Part shown: one piece after another, positions 28,438 to 41,554 of the stretch
Layout of the letters: the number at the start of each line of letters is the position of its first letter
Position numbering within the stretch: position 1 is the stretch's first letter
Assembly: GCF_036321535.1 (NCBI RefSeq)
Contig: NC_087437.1
Location: 105,216,001 to 105,280,000 of the forward strand
Direction: 5' to 3'
Source of the DNA: Camelus dromedarius
Taxonomy: Eukaryota
Length of the DNA: 64,000 bases
Program-made: the position numbers and the translations under genes
The notes under the pieces: generated by a model
What the model was told of the DNA's origin: nothing
The model's input: only the letters and a program-made list of their open reading frames with translations
The model's database searches: none

Positions 28438-29059
28438 AGCAACGTATTTCTTTTTAAAAATTAAAAAAATTTTCTATGATTGTTAATGAATACATAATAT
28501 ACCAATCATGTAGTGGTTTTAAAAGGAGTTGTGAGCTATCATTCTTTTTTTAATTTTTATTTTATTGTTATAGGAATACTTCACATGAGAGCAACCTCCT
28601 AACAAAATTTTAAGTGTACAACGTATTATTATTGAAATTGGAATAGTTTTAAATATCTTATTTCAAACAAATACTAAAAAATCATTTATTAATCAATGCA
28701 TCATAAATAATGTACATAATTAAATTTCCAGTGTATGTAATCAATGCATGCTAGGACTTTGTGTATCAAATATACTCACTGATGTAGTCTGTGATTTGAG
28801 TGAACTATAATATAAATATAAAATGTTATAATTTCCTTTTTCTAATCTATAATTGGAGAAATATTATTGGACTTGAAATTTTTGGTAAGGATCAAACCAG
28901 TGAACATTTTTATTACAGGATATTAGATCATTTGTGATTGATGTTTTGGTGAAGCACAGAGGTGAGGACTAAAATTTTGCTGTCTGATCCTCTGCGGCTG
29001 CCCTCCAGTTTTGTACAGTTCACACGCACACAGGACTAAGCCACGCATGTGTGGTCGTG

Positions 29060-30008
29060 ATTCGGCCTGTATGACTTGTCTGATCTCATTTGCTATTTCT
29101 ACCCCTTTACTTCACTCACTGACAGCCTTCTCCATTGTCCCTTGAACAGATAGTTATGGGCTCAGCTCAGGGTCCTTTGCAAATGCTGTTCACTTTACCT
29201 GGAACACTCTCCCCTCGACATAGTCCCAGGACTGGCTCCCTTTCCTTATCTCTACTCAAAAGTCTCCTTTTCAGTGAGGACTTCTCTGGATACCTTACCT
29301 AAAAATTATCCATCCACTTTCATACACATACACGTGTGCTTCACATTCTCTTCAGTTTTTAATTTTTCTACTAAATACTTACCACTAACTAATAATATAG
29401 TGTTCAGAATACTTCAGAGAAAAATTATATATATGTGTGTGTGTGTGTGTGTATCATTCATCCTATATATTCTCTTAGTATATATTATGAGATTTATTTT
29501 AAGGAATTGTCTCATGTGATTGTAGGGTATCGTAACTCTGAAATCAACAGGGCAGACTGCCTGCCTGAAAACTCCTATAGGAGTTGGTGCTGTGGTCTTG
29601 AGTCTGAAACTTAATAAAGGGCAGGCCACAAGGCTGGAAATTCAGGTAGGATTTCTATGCTACACTCTTGAAGTAATCAACTAATTAATTGGACAAGGCC
29701 AAAGTGATTTCCTTAAAGTCAACAGGTTGTATACTATGTTAGTCACATCTACAAAATACCTCCCTAGAAAATTCTACACTAATGTTTGACTAAAAACCAG
29801 GCACATAGCTTAGCTAAGTTGATACATAAAATTTAACCATCACACATAGTATTTTATTTTTTTAAAGTCTTATTTGTTTTCTGATTCTCGCAACAGGCTT
29901 TAAGCTCAATGAGAACAGAAGTTGTTGTCTGCTTGTTTACTGAAGTTTCCCCCTGTCCAGAATGGTTCCAGGGAACTCAATCAATATTTGTTGATTTAAT
30001 GAATGAAT
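29060..30008 (+). mobile_element. L2 3' region, split by an MLT2 LTR
   Basis: The left part reads 'cctttgcaaatgctgttcactttacctggaacactctcccc'. The right part ends in the L2 tail 'ctcaatcaatatttgttgatttaatgaatgaat'. Confidence 0.85.
29392..29844 (-). mobile_element. MLT2 (ERV-L) solo LTR nested in L2
   Basis: 'gagatttattttaaggaattgtctcatgtgattgtagg...agctaagttgatacataaaatttaaccatcaca', with an internal (TG)n tract. Confidence 0.88.
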
Positions 30009-32319
30009 TTATGTCGGATTGTTGAGGGATGTTTAAAACTGATTTGGGAACCCCATTACCTATCAGGTTTTATGAAATTCAAGAGACTGCTATCGAGGGA
30101 AGTGATCTTTAGGGGAGGGAGTTCCTCGTGTGCTGTGCAAGCTGATACCGTCAGAGAGTCAATGTGGATGAGGCACCAGCAGCCCAGGTGCTGAGGGAGA
30201 TAACTGTAAGCAGTAGTCATGGGGAGACTCAAGGAAATGTCAGTAAGAGGGTCTGAGGGGAGGGAGAATCTAAAAAAAGAAAAAAGCAAAAAGACTCCTA
30301 AAAGTTCCCATGGAAGAAAGAATGAGCTCTAACCTCCCACAATGCCTTGATGTCAGAGCGCAAAAACACTTCCAAGCAAGAAAATCTCCTTTCCATTAAT
30401 CACCTTATCCCTGGATCAAATCCTGGAGGACTAGAGAAACCCAGGAATGTGTGGGGAGAGTGGAAGTACAGCGAGAACGGGGATCAGACACAAAACCAGC
30501 CACATCCACTCTGTCATTCCTCATCCCTGGGCCTGAAGCCGTACCCAGCTGGGAGGAAAGGAGTTTTAATTTTAATTATTTTCATTTTACACTGGAATGG
30601 ATATTTAATTATTGACATGGGCCATTTAAGCTTAAAACACCTAAAGGGATTTTTTTTTTTTTTCCAAGAGTGACTGAGAATGTTACTAGGCCAGCTCAAT
30701 TGTTCATCTAATGGCTTGGTAGAAATAATCATCTTCAGATTAGTTTTAAAAGGGTAGTGAGAAAAATAATCCTTCCATCCTCTTGAATTTTGTCCATGTA
30801 GAAGAATAAAACGTATATATTGGTCTTAAGGTAGTATTAGACCGACAGTAAGAATTTAGTTAATAATATCTTTATCTATACCATCAGGAATGGATGTTAA
30901 CTTTGATTTGATGTTTAATATTCTACAAAATGTATGTTACTGAAAATAAACAAGTTAGACAGAAAGTACATACCCATTAAACCTGTCTTTATATGTTTAT
31001 ATTCATCATTTTTAACCCATTACAGATGCTCTGTTGCTATTTTTTGAAAGGGTGGAAATAAGAATAAGAATGACAAGCCATCAAAATGAATGAAAAACCA
31101 TAGACACTGTAGGAACTCAAAATCAAACACCAGCATTGGCTAGAATGTGAGAGAGGATTCATAGGGTAGGTGAAACAACTGGTCACTGGAGGATTAATAA
31201 GCTATGGATAGAAGAAAAGAGGTTTGGTGGAGCTGGGTGAATTTGGAAAAGACAGGACAGGTAACTGGAAAGAACACAGGCACCAAAGTTATATTTATGT
31301 TTGCAGTGGATTGAGAACTTTGATGTAGTTTATTCTGAATTTCCAGTGATTATATCAGCCTGCTCAGTCAGCTGGACCCCCGTGTGCTTATGAAGGCCAC
31401 TTTTTTTTGTAAACAACATAATATTCTCATGTCCAGTAATGTCCATGGTTCTGGTAGTCATAATCCATTTTAATTATTAATTAGTTTGAATTTTAGCTGT
31501 ATAGTAAATCGACATGTCTTATTATAATGAGTATTGATGTGTAAAGAAAGCAATTTCATTTTAATTTTAACATCAAATATCTTTTAGGTGTCTAAAAAGT
31601 AAAGATGGCTTAACTCAAACATAAAAGGAATTTCTGCATTAGAACCACAGAAAGAACACTTAACATGTCATTAACCTAGAAACTGGGAGCAAAACTAACA
31701 GCCAGTTCTTGACCATCAAAAAAAAAAAAATAATTTAAGTACCAAGACTACTTCTTTGACTTTTTTGTGTGCTTTTTTAAAATACAGCTATAAGCAATAT
31801 GTGATGGTGTATCCCTAGCAGATGTTTATCATAGATCTCAGTCGTTTTACTCAAGAAACTTGTAACATGAAACAGAGATCCCTGTTATAAGACATGAGTC
31901 AAATAAGCACATCATTAAAAATTAAAAGTTCTTGTTTTATATATATACATATTTACATTTAATATTTTCAGTTAAAACAGTTCAATTTAGAAATACTAAT
32001 TAAAGAATTTCTCTGGCAGTTCCATTAGAAATCAGAGCTATTTTTTTGACTCTATAAGGATTTTCTTCCCCCAAACTTAAACAAAATTGTTAATGTAAAT
32101 TGGAATAAACTGAATTATAAGTGTTTATTACAAAACAGTCTTTTTAGATTCTTACTTTTCATGATAAGTTGCTAAATATATATTATAAAAAATCCTAAAC
32201 AATATTTTTAGATACATGCATTGTGCTCTGGAAATTTTAGCTACTTACAATGTGCTTCAACAGAAAGTCTGTGACTTTAGTTATGTCACCTGAAAATAAC
32301 TATCTGTTTTGTCGGGGAA

Positions 32320-32527
32320 AAAGTACTTCCCTGAGCCCCTGGAGGTTCCTCCGGGACTTCCACCTTTATCTCATTGGCCAAAACGTGTTACATGGCAAAA
32401 GGTGAGAAAACAACTTATAGTATCAGTTTTGCTTAAAGCTGGCCTTACTAACAATACAAATAAAATCAGAACTTTGTGGTAAGAAAGTAGAGGGGATATT
32501 AGATGGGCATTTAGCAGTCTTGCCAAA
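32320..32527 (-). mobile_element. Old MaLR LTR fragment (MLT1K/L-like)
   Basis: 'tctcattggccaaaacgtgttacatggc...aaatcagaactttgtggtaagaaagtagaggggatattagatgggcatttagcagtcttgcca'. Confidence 0.6.
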
Positions 32528-32789
32528 TTTATTAGCGTAGGAGAATCTTGTTTTGATAACCAGTTTAGTTCTCATAAAGAAAGAATAACATAAAAAAAGG
32601 ATAACGTGAAGTTTAAAATTGAGGGTGTTCTTAAAGTGAAAGATGACCAGGATAGGGCTGAAAAGATTAAGAAGTATGTTGAATCTTCCTTTTAGGACAC
32701 CCAAAATCATATTTACTTTTATAGGTTTCAATATTTTTATTCTGAAAACACTCAGGGTACCTAGTTTAACCCTCTCTTTTTCACTCACT

Positions 32790-33590
32790 ATTCAGAGTAC
32801 GTGGATGTCTGATGCCCAGAAGCCATCTATATAATGTACCACGTGAGCAAAACTGGACTTCTACTCCCCACAAATCTGCATCTGTTCCCAACTTCCCTAC
32901 TCCTCCCAGTTGCAGGACCATTCTTTGTCCACCTGGCTTAAAACTCCACAGTTAATATTGGTTCAACTTTCTTTTTTATTTTCCATATTTAATCATCTTC
33001 CAACTCCTATGGTTTCCACCTCTAAAATTCCTACTGTAGTTCATATTTCCATTCTTACTGCCAGGATCCTAATTGAGGTTCTGCAGCGTTCAATATCCAA
33101 CCAATTATTTTCCAGATTTGTTTACAATTACTTCAATTCCTTAATAAAAACATAGAAATAATTAAAATTCCTACTAAAAGGTTTCACACTGGCTTTCAAG
33201 CCTCTCAATAGCATCACTATTTTTCTGCTTTACTGTGTATTGTTTCTCTATGCTGACCTTTATTCCAGTAAAATTTAATTATTTGTTTTTCAAGTATTTT
33301 TTCTTTTTCTAACACCTGAACTTTTGCTCACACTGTACCTCTCTGCCTAGTGAACTCTTACTATTGTTTCTTCCTGTTTATATTTTATTCATTCCTCAAG
33401 TTCAAACTCAATACTCTTTTCTCCATTAAAGGTCCTCCTGACTTATCCAAGCAACTCTGATTTCTTCCTTCTTTTGCCCTCCATAGCACTTTATTTTTAT
33501 TTTTTAAAGGGTTCAGCTTATTTGACTTTTAACTGAAATGATTAGATATTCCTATATCCCCTGAACTAGACTGCATTTAGCAAAGTGTAA
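32790..33590 (+). mobile_element. L2 fragments, degenerate
   Basis: Pyrimidine-rich L2-like text 'cttttgctcacactgtacctctctgcctag...attcctcaagttcaaactcaa'. Confidence 0.6.
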
Positions 33591-34479
33591 GGATTAACTA
33601 CATAGTCCTCTCCTGCTCAGCACAATGTAGAAATGAGGTCTACCTACATGCCCAGAATTGCAGAAACTTTGGTATTGTGAATCAGAACCAAAGTGTTCTA
33701 AATAGCTCCCAGGTTCCTTACCAGAGTCTAACAGTGGCAGCCCAAGTGAAGAAGGATGTTTGCTAATAAGAGCAGACAGATAACATGGCATTCAGCAAAA
33801 TTTCTCTGTGTTCAGACCTCCCAAGCTGTAAGTGGTACAACTAATCAAAATGATTTTTAACTCATTCTTGCACTAAATTAGATAAGGGCTATGAAATTAT
33901 TACAAGAATATTAATGAGCTTTTAAAATATATTTCTAGTTGTGAAAATAGGTGAAATTTTGTTGTTAGGACCCTTAAGTAACATTTGCTAAGAAACGTAA
34001 ACACATATTTAAAAAAAGAAATCATGTTATATATATAATAGCAATCACTACCAAATATTTTTTGCAATTTTTTTGTTTGTTTTGTTTTTTTAGGGCTGTT
34101 ACTGGGGTGGAGAAACAAAGATATCCATGTCTCTTTTTATTCACCTTTGAGGACACATAGATTGAGTTCACATTAGAAAGCACAGAATTAGCTTGAGTGG
34201 CTATAACTGTCACCAACTACTGAGGAATAAATGCTGAAAGACAGCATTCACAACAGAAAACAAGGTATTTTCTATACACCTCACCAATATCACTAACTTA
34301 TAACTCTCTACACCCCCTCAAAAAAAAAAACAGAATAATTACAATTATTATGTATGTACATAGACAAATCATTTAAACATGTCTACGTAATGCAGGACAT
34401 TGCTTATATTATCTGTCTAGTAATGAAATTGCCATTAAGCCTTTATTATTAAAGCCATTGGGAGTAAAGTCTTTCATTA

Positions 34480-35670
34480 GAGTTAGTTGTTTAGACATTT
34501 AAACTCCAGATGCATATATTCAACACCTACTCAACCTCCTTACTTGCATAATAGCCATTTTTAAGTTAGCACGTTCAAGAGTTAATATAATGTCATCATG
34601 TTCTCCCCCTTCTCTCCACATCTCAGTTAACAACAACTTCACCCTTTCAGATGCTCAGGGTCAAAATATCATTCTAATTGGTTTTACTCATTTTTCACTT
34701 CCTATAATCCAACCTATTCTCAAAAGCCATCAGAGTGATCATTTTAAAATAATAGATCATGTCCCATCTCTGCTCAAAACCCTCTAGTGGCTCCCTAGTC
34801 ATCCAGAATAATATCAAAATTCTACGTATAGATTGGACCCAGCCCTACCTGTTCGGGGCCCATGTACCTCTTTAATTTTTCCTACTCTTTCTGCTCACTC
34901 ACTCCATCCCAAGGACTGGCCTTGTTTTCCTGGAACCAGCGGTACCTTAGAACTGCATGAGAGTGATCATTATTAAATTTTAAGAAATTTAGAAAATCAG
35001 TTGTCAAACCCAGTTATTATTAAAAAGTAAATTATATGCTAAAAATTAAATGAATTATATTAAAAGCATGGGTAAAATATACTTAAAATTTATCACATAC
35101 TAATTATTTTACTAAATTTTAGTATGATCTCTATTCTAGAGGCTATTTACACCTATCATGGCTCTATTCAGATCTATCATACATATATGGTAGAGATGTT
35201 ATAGCATGGTGTCTGAATTCAGCAACTTCATGTTGGTAGGTTGAAACTAACCATGGTCAGAATATTTGTAACACAAAAAATCAAGAAATCTATAAATCAG
35301 GGATCTCCCTTTAAGCTGGCTATTAAACCTTCACCACTGTCTAGAATACACAATTAATTTGCATTTATCTTTGTCTGAAAAGCATTCCTCGTGGATATTT
35401 TCATGGATGTTCCTTTATATATCTCAGGTTTCTTCTCAAATATACTTTGTCAGAGAGACATTCTCCACGCATTCTATTTTAAATCACGTCTCACCTCTGA
35501 CTTTTTTTTCCTTTATTGACTTTATGATGTTATATATTCCATATTCATAACTAAAAAGTATTCTTATGATGACCTCATATGAGCTACAAAATCTGGATCT
35601 TCTGTTCAATGCTTTAGCTCCAGCATTTAGGACAAAGCTTAGCATATATGCTTAAAAGATGCTTAATTGA
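34480..35670 (+). mobile_element. L2 split by MER63
   Basis: The left part reads 'agatcatgtcccatctctgctcaaaaccctctagtggctccc'. L2 3' text resumes after 35340. Confidence 0.75.
34937..35339. mobile_element. MER63-type hAT (Blackjack) non-autonomous DNA transposon
   Basis: Terminal inverted repeats cagcggt.../...accactg and body 'taattattttactaaattttagtatgatctctattctagaggctatttac'. Degenerate 8-bp TSD cctggaac/tctagaat (three transitions). Confidence 0.85.
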
Positions 35671-35739
35671 AAAAAAAATTTATTTTCTAAAAGTTTGCCA
35701 ACTGATATGTTGATTTTTCCTGTAGATGATCATATTATC

Positions 35740-36300
35740 TGAAAATAATGCCTGTATTAGGCAATAAAAAGTTTCAATGAATTCTGATGAAAGGATATGC
35801 TACATTTTTTGACTCTAAAGGAAATAAACAGAAATTAATGACAAAAAAATCTCATATTTGGAAACTAAATTTCCAGTTATTAAATAACCCTACATAAAAA
35901 TTAATTCCATTATAAATTTTAAAATATACTAATGAGGCACAGCATGTCAAATGTCTAGGACATCTGTAAAGCAACACGCAGGAGGGAAATCTATGGCTTT
36001 AAATATTATGACTTAGAAATAGCAGAATCTGCAACTAAATACGATAAAGTTTTATTACAAAAAGTTGAAGACAGAATAAAGAAAATAGTAAAGTTAAGGT
36101 CAAAAATAAGAAAGAGAGAAAAACAAAAACAAAGACAAAATCAGAAATTAATAAAACCAAACTTCAGTCTTTTGAAAAATATATGAACAGAACTTTGGTA
36201 TAAATGAACAAGAAAATAATACATAGGGTACAATAAACAAAATTGGAATGATAAAAATAACACCATCAAAATGATATTGTAAATGAAATTAACATGTATA
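35740..36300 (+). mobile_element. Ancient L1M ORF2 fragment
   Basis: A-rich text 'aaatctcatatttggaaactaaat...gagggaaatctatggctttaaat...aaattaataaaaccaaac'. Confidence 0.65.
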
Positions 36301-36480
36301 TATTAATGAAATTAAAAATATAAATATTCACAGTTTAAATCCAATTTTTTGACATAATACATAATGATCAGATATTTTTAAAACCCAATTATTTGCACAT
36401 TATCAATATTCAGCTCATACTTGTATCAACTGAAAATTTCAGAATTATCAGTTTAGTGCTTATAGATTATCAAACAAGGA

Positions 36481-36773
36481 AAAAAATGGGGAAAATATTT
36501 GCAAATGATGCGACCAACAGGGATTACTTTTCAAAATATACAAACAGCTCATACAACTCTGTATCAAAATAACAAACCATCCAATTATAAAATGGGCAGA
36601 AGACCTAAGTAGACATTCCTCCAAAGAAGACACAGATGGCCAATAGGCACATGAAAAGATGCTCACTAATTATTAGAGAAATGTAAATCAGAACTACAAT
36701 GAGGTATCACCTCACACCAGTAACATTTTGCTGTACCTGATAAAAATACATTGTAAATCAACTATACTTCAAT
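36481..36773 (+). mobile_element. L1 fragment with an internal deletion
   Basis: ORF2 C-terminal text up to 'gaggtatcacctcacaccagt' is joined directly to the extreme 3' end 'ttgctgtacctga...cattgtaaatcaactatacttcaat'. Confidence 0.9.
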
Positions 36774-36895
36774 AGGAACATTTTTTAAAATGTGTATCAA
36801 AGGTGAGTTTGGAGAATATTGAATTATTTTAACTATTTCAGTTTTCTCCCTCCTCTAAGTTAGCTAATAGTGACTTGTTTTCATAGTTGTGAGGT

Positions 36896-37075
36896 GTGGA
36901 AGTAAGCAAAGACCATCCATGTGAGAATAAACCAAAGGTATTTATGCAAAGCTTGCTGTAGCAAGGGAGTCAGCATTTGCTACTTTGTTGTGGTTGGCTT
37001 CTTGGGTTGGTCACTGTAGAGGTTGTGAGTCAAAGTTCTATTGTGATATGTAATCTGGCCATTTTTTCTGTATAT
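36896..37075 (-). mobile_element. ERV1 LTR fragment (same family as 39856-40248)
   Basis: The reverse complement 'gactcccttgctacagcaagctttgcataaatacctttg...ggtctttgcttacttccaca' matches the end of the LTR at ~40185-40248. Confidence 0.75.
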
Positions 37076-37819
37076 TTGGTCTCAAAGGAATCTGATGTGA
37101 ACTGATTTACAGCTACTTTAATTAACCAGCTCAACAATCAGAACATTATATATCAAAGTACTTTAATCTGAACAGAGTGCCTCAATTAGTTAGATGGGAG
37201 TCACAAACATTATTTCAGTGTTAATGACAAAAATTTTTATAGAGAACTGTACATTGCCTAAAGGACAGCCCACTCCAGGTCATGTAACTCTAGTCTTTTA
37301 TTGGTCTTTGAGCTGTTTCACAACCTACAAATATGTCTGCTCTTCTCACTCTATCTTGGCCCAATTACGTTTCTGTTCCTTCATTGAAGGAATTAAATAA
37401 GAGCTTTTATGATTTGCTCATTTTCATATCTGTACGAGGACCATGATTTTAACTTTTTTAACCTGAAAAAGCATCTTTTAACATAATTTGTGATCTTCTA
37501 GGAAGAGTTACTTAGATCTGTATTTGCTTTAGATTAAGTGGAATAAGAAGTATGTAACAAAAAGTGAGTTCAGATACACTGAGTATTCAGTGTTTCAAAC
37601 AAGCCAAGCAATATAGAATTCGGACCTGTGGTTGTAAAATGCTAAGACCAGTAGTACTTGACCCTACTAATGAAACTGAGTCCCCTTAAAACCAAGTTCC
37701 CTTATTGAGTTTTTGATTAATCTATCTATCCAAAACTTTATTCTCTTTCTTGCCCTTCTGACTTCAGTCTTGTACTAACTTAATACTAATAAGCCAGAGT
37801 CAGATGACTAAAATTGTTA

Positions 37820-38192
37820 TTGACCACATTGTTAATGTACTAAAATTGCCATTACAGACATCACCATTAACTGATAATATCAGGTTGTTTCTCCAGGGCC
37901 AGTAGAGATAACAGACACCCCCTAGCCACACCTGACTCTTGAAACTGTGATTAAGAAATATCACAGAAATGTCACAAGATGAAAATTAATCCTAGCCTCT
38001 TTGTCCTTCCCCTTTAAAAAAAAAAAAAAAAAGCTAACTAAAAGGCCAAGTTGGAGTGCATCTGAGACTGGTCTCCACTTTCTTGGTTGGTGCCCTGCAA
38101 CAAATGGTACTTTTCTTCACCAAGATCCACTGTCAGTAGATTTTCTTTGCTGCTTAGGAGTCCAGAGTGGACTGGCATTGGGTTTACGAACA
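37820..38192 (+). mobile_element. Probable ERV1-class solo LTR
   Basis: LTR-like layout: 'ccctttaaaa' TATA-like box, R/U5-like 'gagactggtctccactttcttggttggtgccctgcaacaaa' and an 'aaca' terminus. Confidence 0.55.
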
Positions 38193-39299
38193 CTAAAAGC
38201 ATTGGCTTAATATTTAGCTGTAGATGAGGTGCCCTGAGCTTTAACCTTGAATTTATTTCCTGAAATTAAGCCCAGAAACCTAATAAAAAAAAAAAAAAGC
38301 TGCCTATAATCACAAACCACACATCACATCATGACAATGACTACCCATAAATTATTCAAATGATCATTTAATATGCTTCTAAATGGTTTGGCATGAATAC
38401 TAGAAAGAGATTCCGTTAGCTCAATTTACTTTTATTATTTTACAGCTGCACTTCCAGAAATATAGAGGCCATTTCCACAAGTAAAAAGCCAAAAGATTTT
38501 CAATGTATGACACTTCATCAAATGCCTAACCTCAACCAAAACAGTCATTCTATTTAAAAAGTTCTTTCAGAAAATCTTCTCCAACATTGCAATAAAATCT
38601 GCAGTAACTGTTGGTAATGACTATTTGTTATTCTTTATTACTAAATTGACCATTTCCTTATTACCCATTTACTGGCTTTGTGTCTTTTTTTCATGTTGAT
38701 ATGAACTAATTACTGTTCATTGCACTTTTGCTTTGATAAAATGGTTGAATTCAATTGAATGAATTGTGGGTTAATAAAGAGTTCACTGCAAAAGTAAGAC
38801 ATTTTGTACCCTGCTTTGTAGCTCTAAAGAAATAAGGAATTACATGCTATGAAAAAAATGGACTCTCTTAAAATATTTTATTTATATTCATTTTACATAA
38901 AATAATATTATATGTATCATGAGAGTCTTCTCTTAAGATTTATAGGAATTTTTTTTATTAGTAGTTGAGTAAATAAGAGTAAAAAAAAACAACATTTGAA
39001 GGCTGTTCTCAAAAATAAGTCTGAGTGGATCTTTGAAATGTCTCCTAAATTAGTAAAAGCTTTATTAAAGAATTGTATAGTTTTTCTTAGTTTCTATACT
39101 TTTGATATCCTAAGGATATGATTTATCCTATAAGTTTATAGATACACACACATAAACAGCAACAGCACACCTGCTCATTCTTTCCTAAATTCATCATTTT
39201 GTGCAAAATTACCAAGGCATGTAATGAAGTAGTTAAAATTGAGGATGTTAGTAGAAAAATATATCATCAATAAAGTTAATTAACTAAATACATTAACAC

Positions 39300-39855
39300 A
39301 GTATGATAATCCCCAGGCCCATCCATGGTGCTGCGAATGGCATTATTTCATTCTTTTTTATGACTGAGTAGCATTCCATTATATATTTATATATCTCACA
39401 TCTTCTTTCTCCAATCATCTGTCAATGGACATTTAGGTTGCTTCCATGTCTTAGCTATTGTAAATATTGCTGCTATGAATATTGGAGTATACGTATCTTT
39501 TTGAATTAAAGTTTTCTCCAGATATATGCCCAGGAGTGGGATTGCTAGATCATATGGTAATTCTATTTTTAGTTTCTAGAAAAATATCCATACTATTTTC
39601 CATAGTGTCTACAACAAATTACATTCCCATCAACAGGGTAGGAGGGTTTCCTTTTCCTAAGTGAAATAGATCAGATAAAGACAGACAAATATCATAAGAT
39701 ATCACTTATATGTGGAGTCTAAAAAAAAAATTACACAAATGAACTTATTTATAGAACAGAAACAGACTCAAAGAATTAGCAAACAAACTTATGGTTACCA
39801 AAGGGGAAAGGAGGGGGCAGATAAAAATAGGAGTTTGGGATAAGCAGATACAAAC
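39300..39855. mobile_element. L1 with a 5' inversion, 3' end missing
   Basis: 39300-39657 is antisense L1 and 39657-39855 is sense L1. The left end of the antisense arm (rc 'gattatcatact') is contiguous in L1 with the start of the sense arm ('ctaagtgaa'). Confidence 0.93.
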
Positions 39856-40248
39856 GAGTCAGACTTGTAGTAAGACCACCATCTCTGGTAATAATCTAGG
39901 AACCCAAATAAAAACATCTGTAACAGTTGGCCCTAAATGGCCAGGACCTGATTAATACCTGCTAGTTTCCCTAATTTTTGTCTCACTTTCCAACTTAGAA
40001 CCAACCAATAAAAGCCAAATGTGCAACCCTAACCAATTACATAGGATGCCTATTTCTAGTCAGCTCACTCCAGCTTCTCCATGCCAACAGCCTCCAATCA
40101 GGGCACACCTGCAGCCTTCTCTTTTTCCACTGTAAACTCCTCTGCCTGCCTGAGTCTCTGTCAAAACCTAAATGATGGTGGCTCACTCCCTTGTTACAGC
40201 AATCTCTGTAACAAGCATAGCCTTTGCCTGGTCTTCATTTATTTCCAC
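39856..40248 (+). mobile_element. ERV1 solo LTR (MER67-like; name uncertain), 5' end missing
   Basis: Repeated CCAAT boxes, then 'ctcccttgttacagcaatctctg...ggtcttcatttatttccaca'. Confidence 0.8.
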
Positions 40249-40439
40249 ACACATTTTAATCTTCTTTGAAAGTTTTCTCTGTGAGTAAACAAAATCTATT
40301 TATAGGAAGAGAAAGGCAAAGATTCACTCTAGACTCTTACAGAATTTGTTGAAATTGAGTTTACTAAAAGTCTTAAAGCATCCTTCACGTAGAAGAATGA
40401 GTTAGAAGAGTAAAATAGATGGTAGTTATCAAATTATGA

Positions 40440-40625
40440 CTATGAATGAACCACAGTTCTAAGCGCTTTACCCTATTTTATCCACAACCCCACCCTTTGA
40501 AAGAGTTGTCTGTTATCATTCCCATTTTAAAGATGAGGGAATTGAGGAATTTGAGAGATTAAATTATTTAATTGAATTCTGTAATCTATCAAAATGTTAA
40601 AGCTTAATGTACTTAACCAATGCAT
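40440..40625 (-). mobile_element. MIR SINE
   Basis: 'ttatcattcccattttaaagatgagggaattgagg...agagattaaatt'. Confidence 0.75.
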
Positions 40626-40659
40626 TAACTGGATCTAAAATAAAGAATGACTCAAAATT

Positions 40660-40939
40660 CTGGGGTGGGGAGAATAAATTAGGGATTTGGGATTAATATA
40701 TTCACACTACTATATATAAAATAGATAAACAACAAGAACCTATCATACAGCACAGGGAAATATACTCAATATTTTGCAATTACCTGTAATAGAAAAGAAT
40801 CTGAATAAGAATGGAAAAGAAGTGGAAAATAATATGTATAACTGAATCACCTTGCTGTACACCTGAAACTAACACAACATTGTAAATCAACTACACCTCA
40901 ATTTAAAAAAAGAGGTTATAAATAAATAAACAAATAAAT
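40660..40939 (+). mobile_element. 5'-truncated L1 tail with a 14-bp TSD
   Basis: L1 3' UTR and (AAAT)n tail, with TSD aatgactcaaaatt at 40646-40659 and 40940-40953. Confidence 0.96.
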
Positions 40940-41554
40940 AATGACTCAAAATTTTGTAGCCTACTTGTGTTTTTAAACATTTTCACAGAATGTAGAAGCT
41001 ACAATAAGCTACATTGTAGCTACAACATAAATGCTATTGTTGCTTACTTGAGTAACTTTAGATTACATAGAAGTGCTAAAATGCTTTATAAATCAGTTTT
41101 GAATTAGTCATTAGTTTTCTATTTACAGAAATTGATGAAATATGGAACTCAACTTTAAGTTTTACATCTCAAAAAATGTATCTATTGGCTTAAATATTTA
41201 AAGTTGAAGCAACATGTTTACATAACAAACATACACTTAGGTTATAGTTTATATTTTCAAACATTTACCCATAAAATATAACATACTGTAAACTTCATGA
41301 TGCTGCTATAGTAATTAAATATTATAAAATAAATTTTATCACACTTCAGTTTCCAAAAATCACAAGATTATTTTCTCCACAATTATATATAATATTAAGT
41401 ACCTCCAAATGTCAAAAATTAATTTAGAATAAATTTTTATTTCTTTCATCACTCTCCAATCTTGAAGACTCAGAAATCTTTGATGATATTCTAGTTTCTT
41501 TCCCGCTTAATTAAAAATAGACATGGAGATGACCCAAATCCTTGAATCGGAACT

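Noticed and set aside
40660..40939. Missing 3' end of the inverted L1 at 39300-39855
   Set aside because: It has its own 14-bp TSD and overlaps the same 3' UTR segment, so it is an independent insertion.
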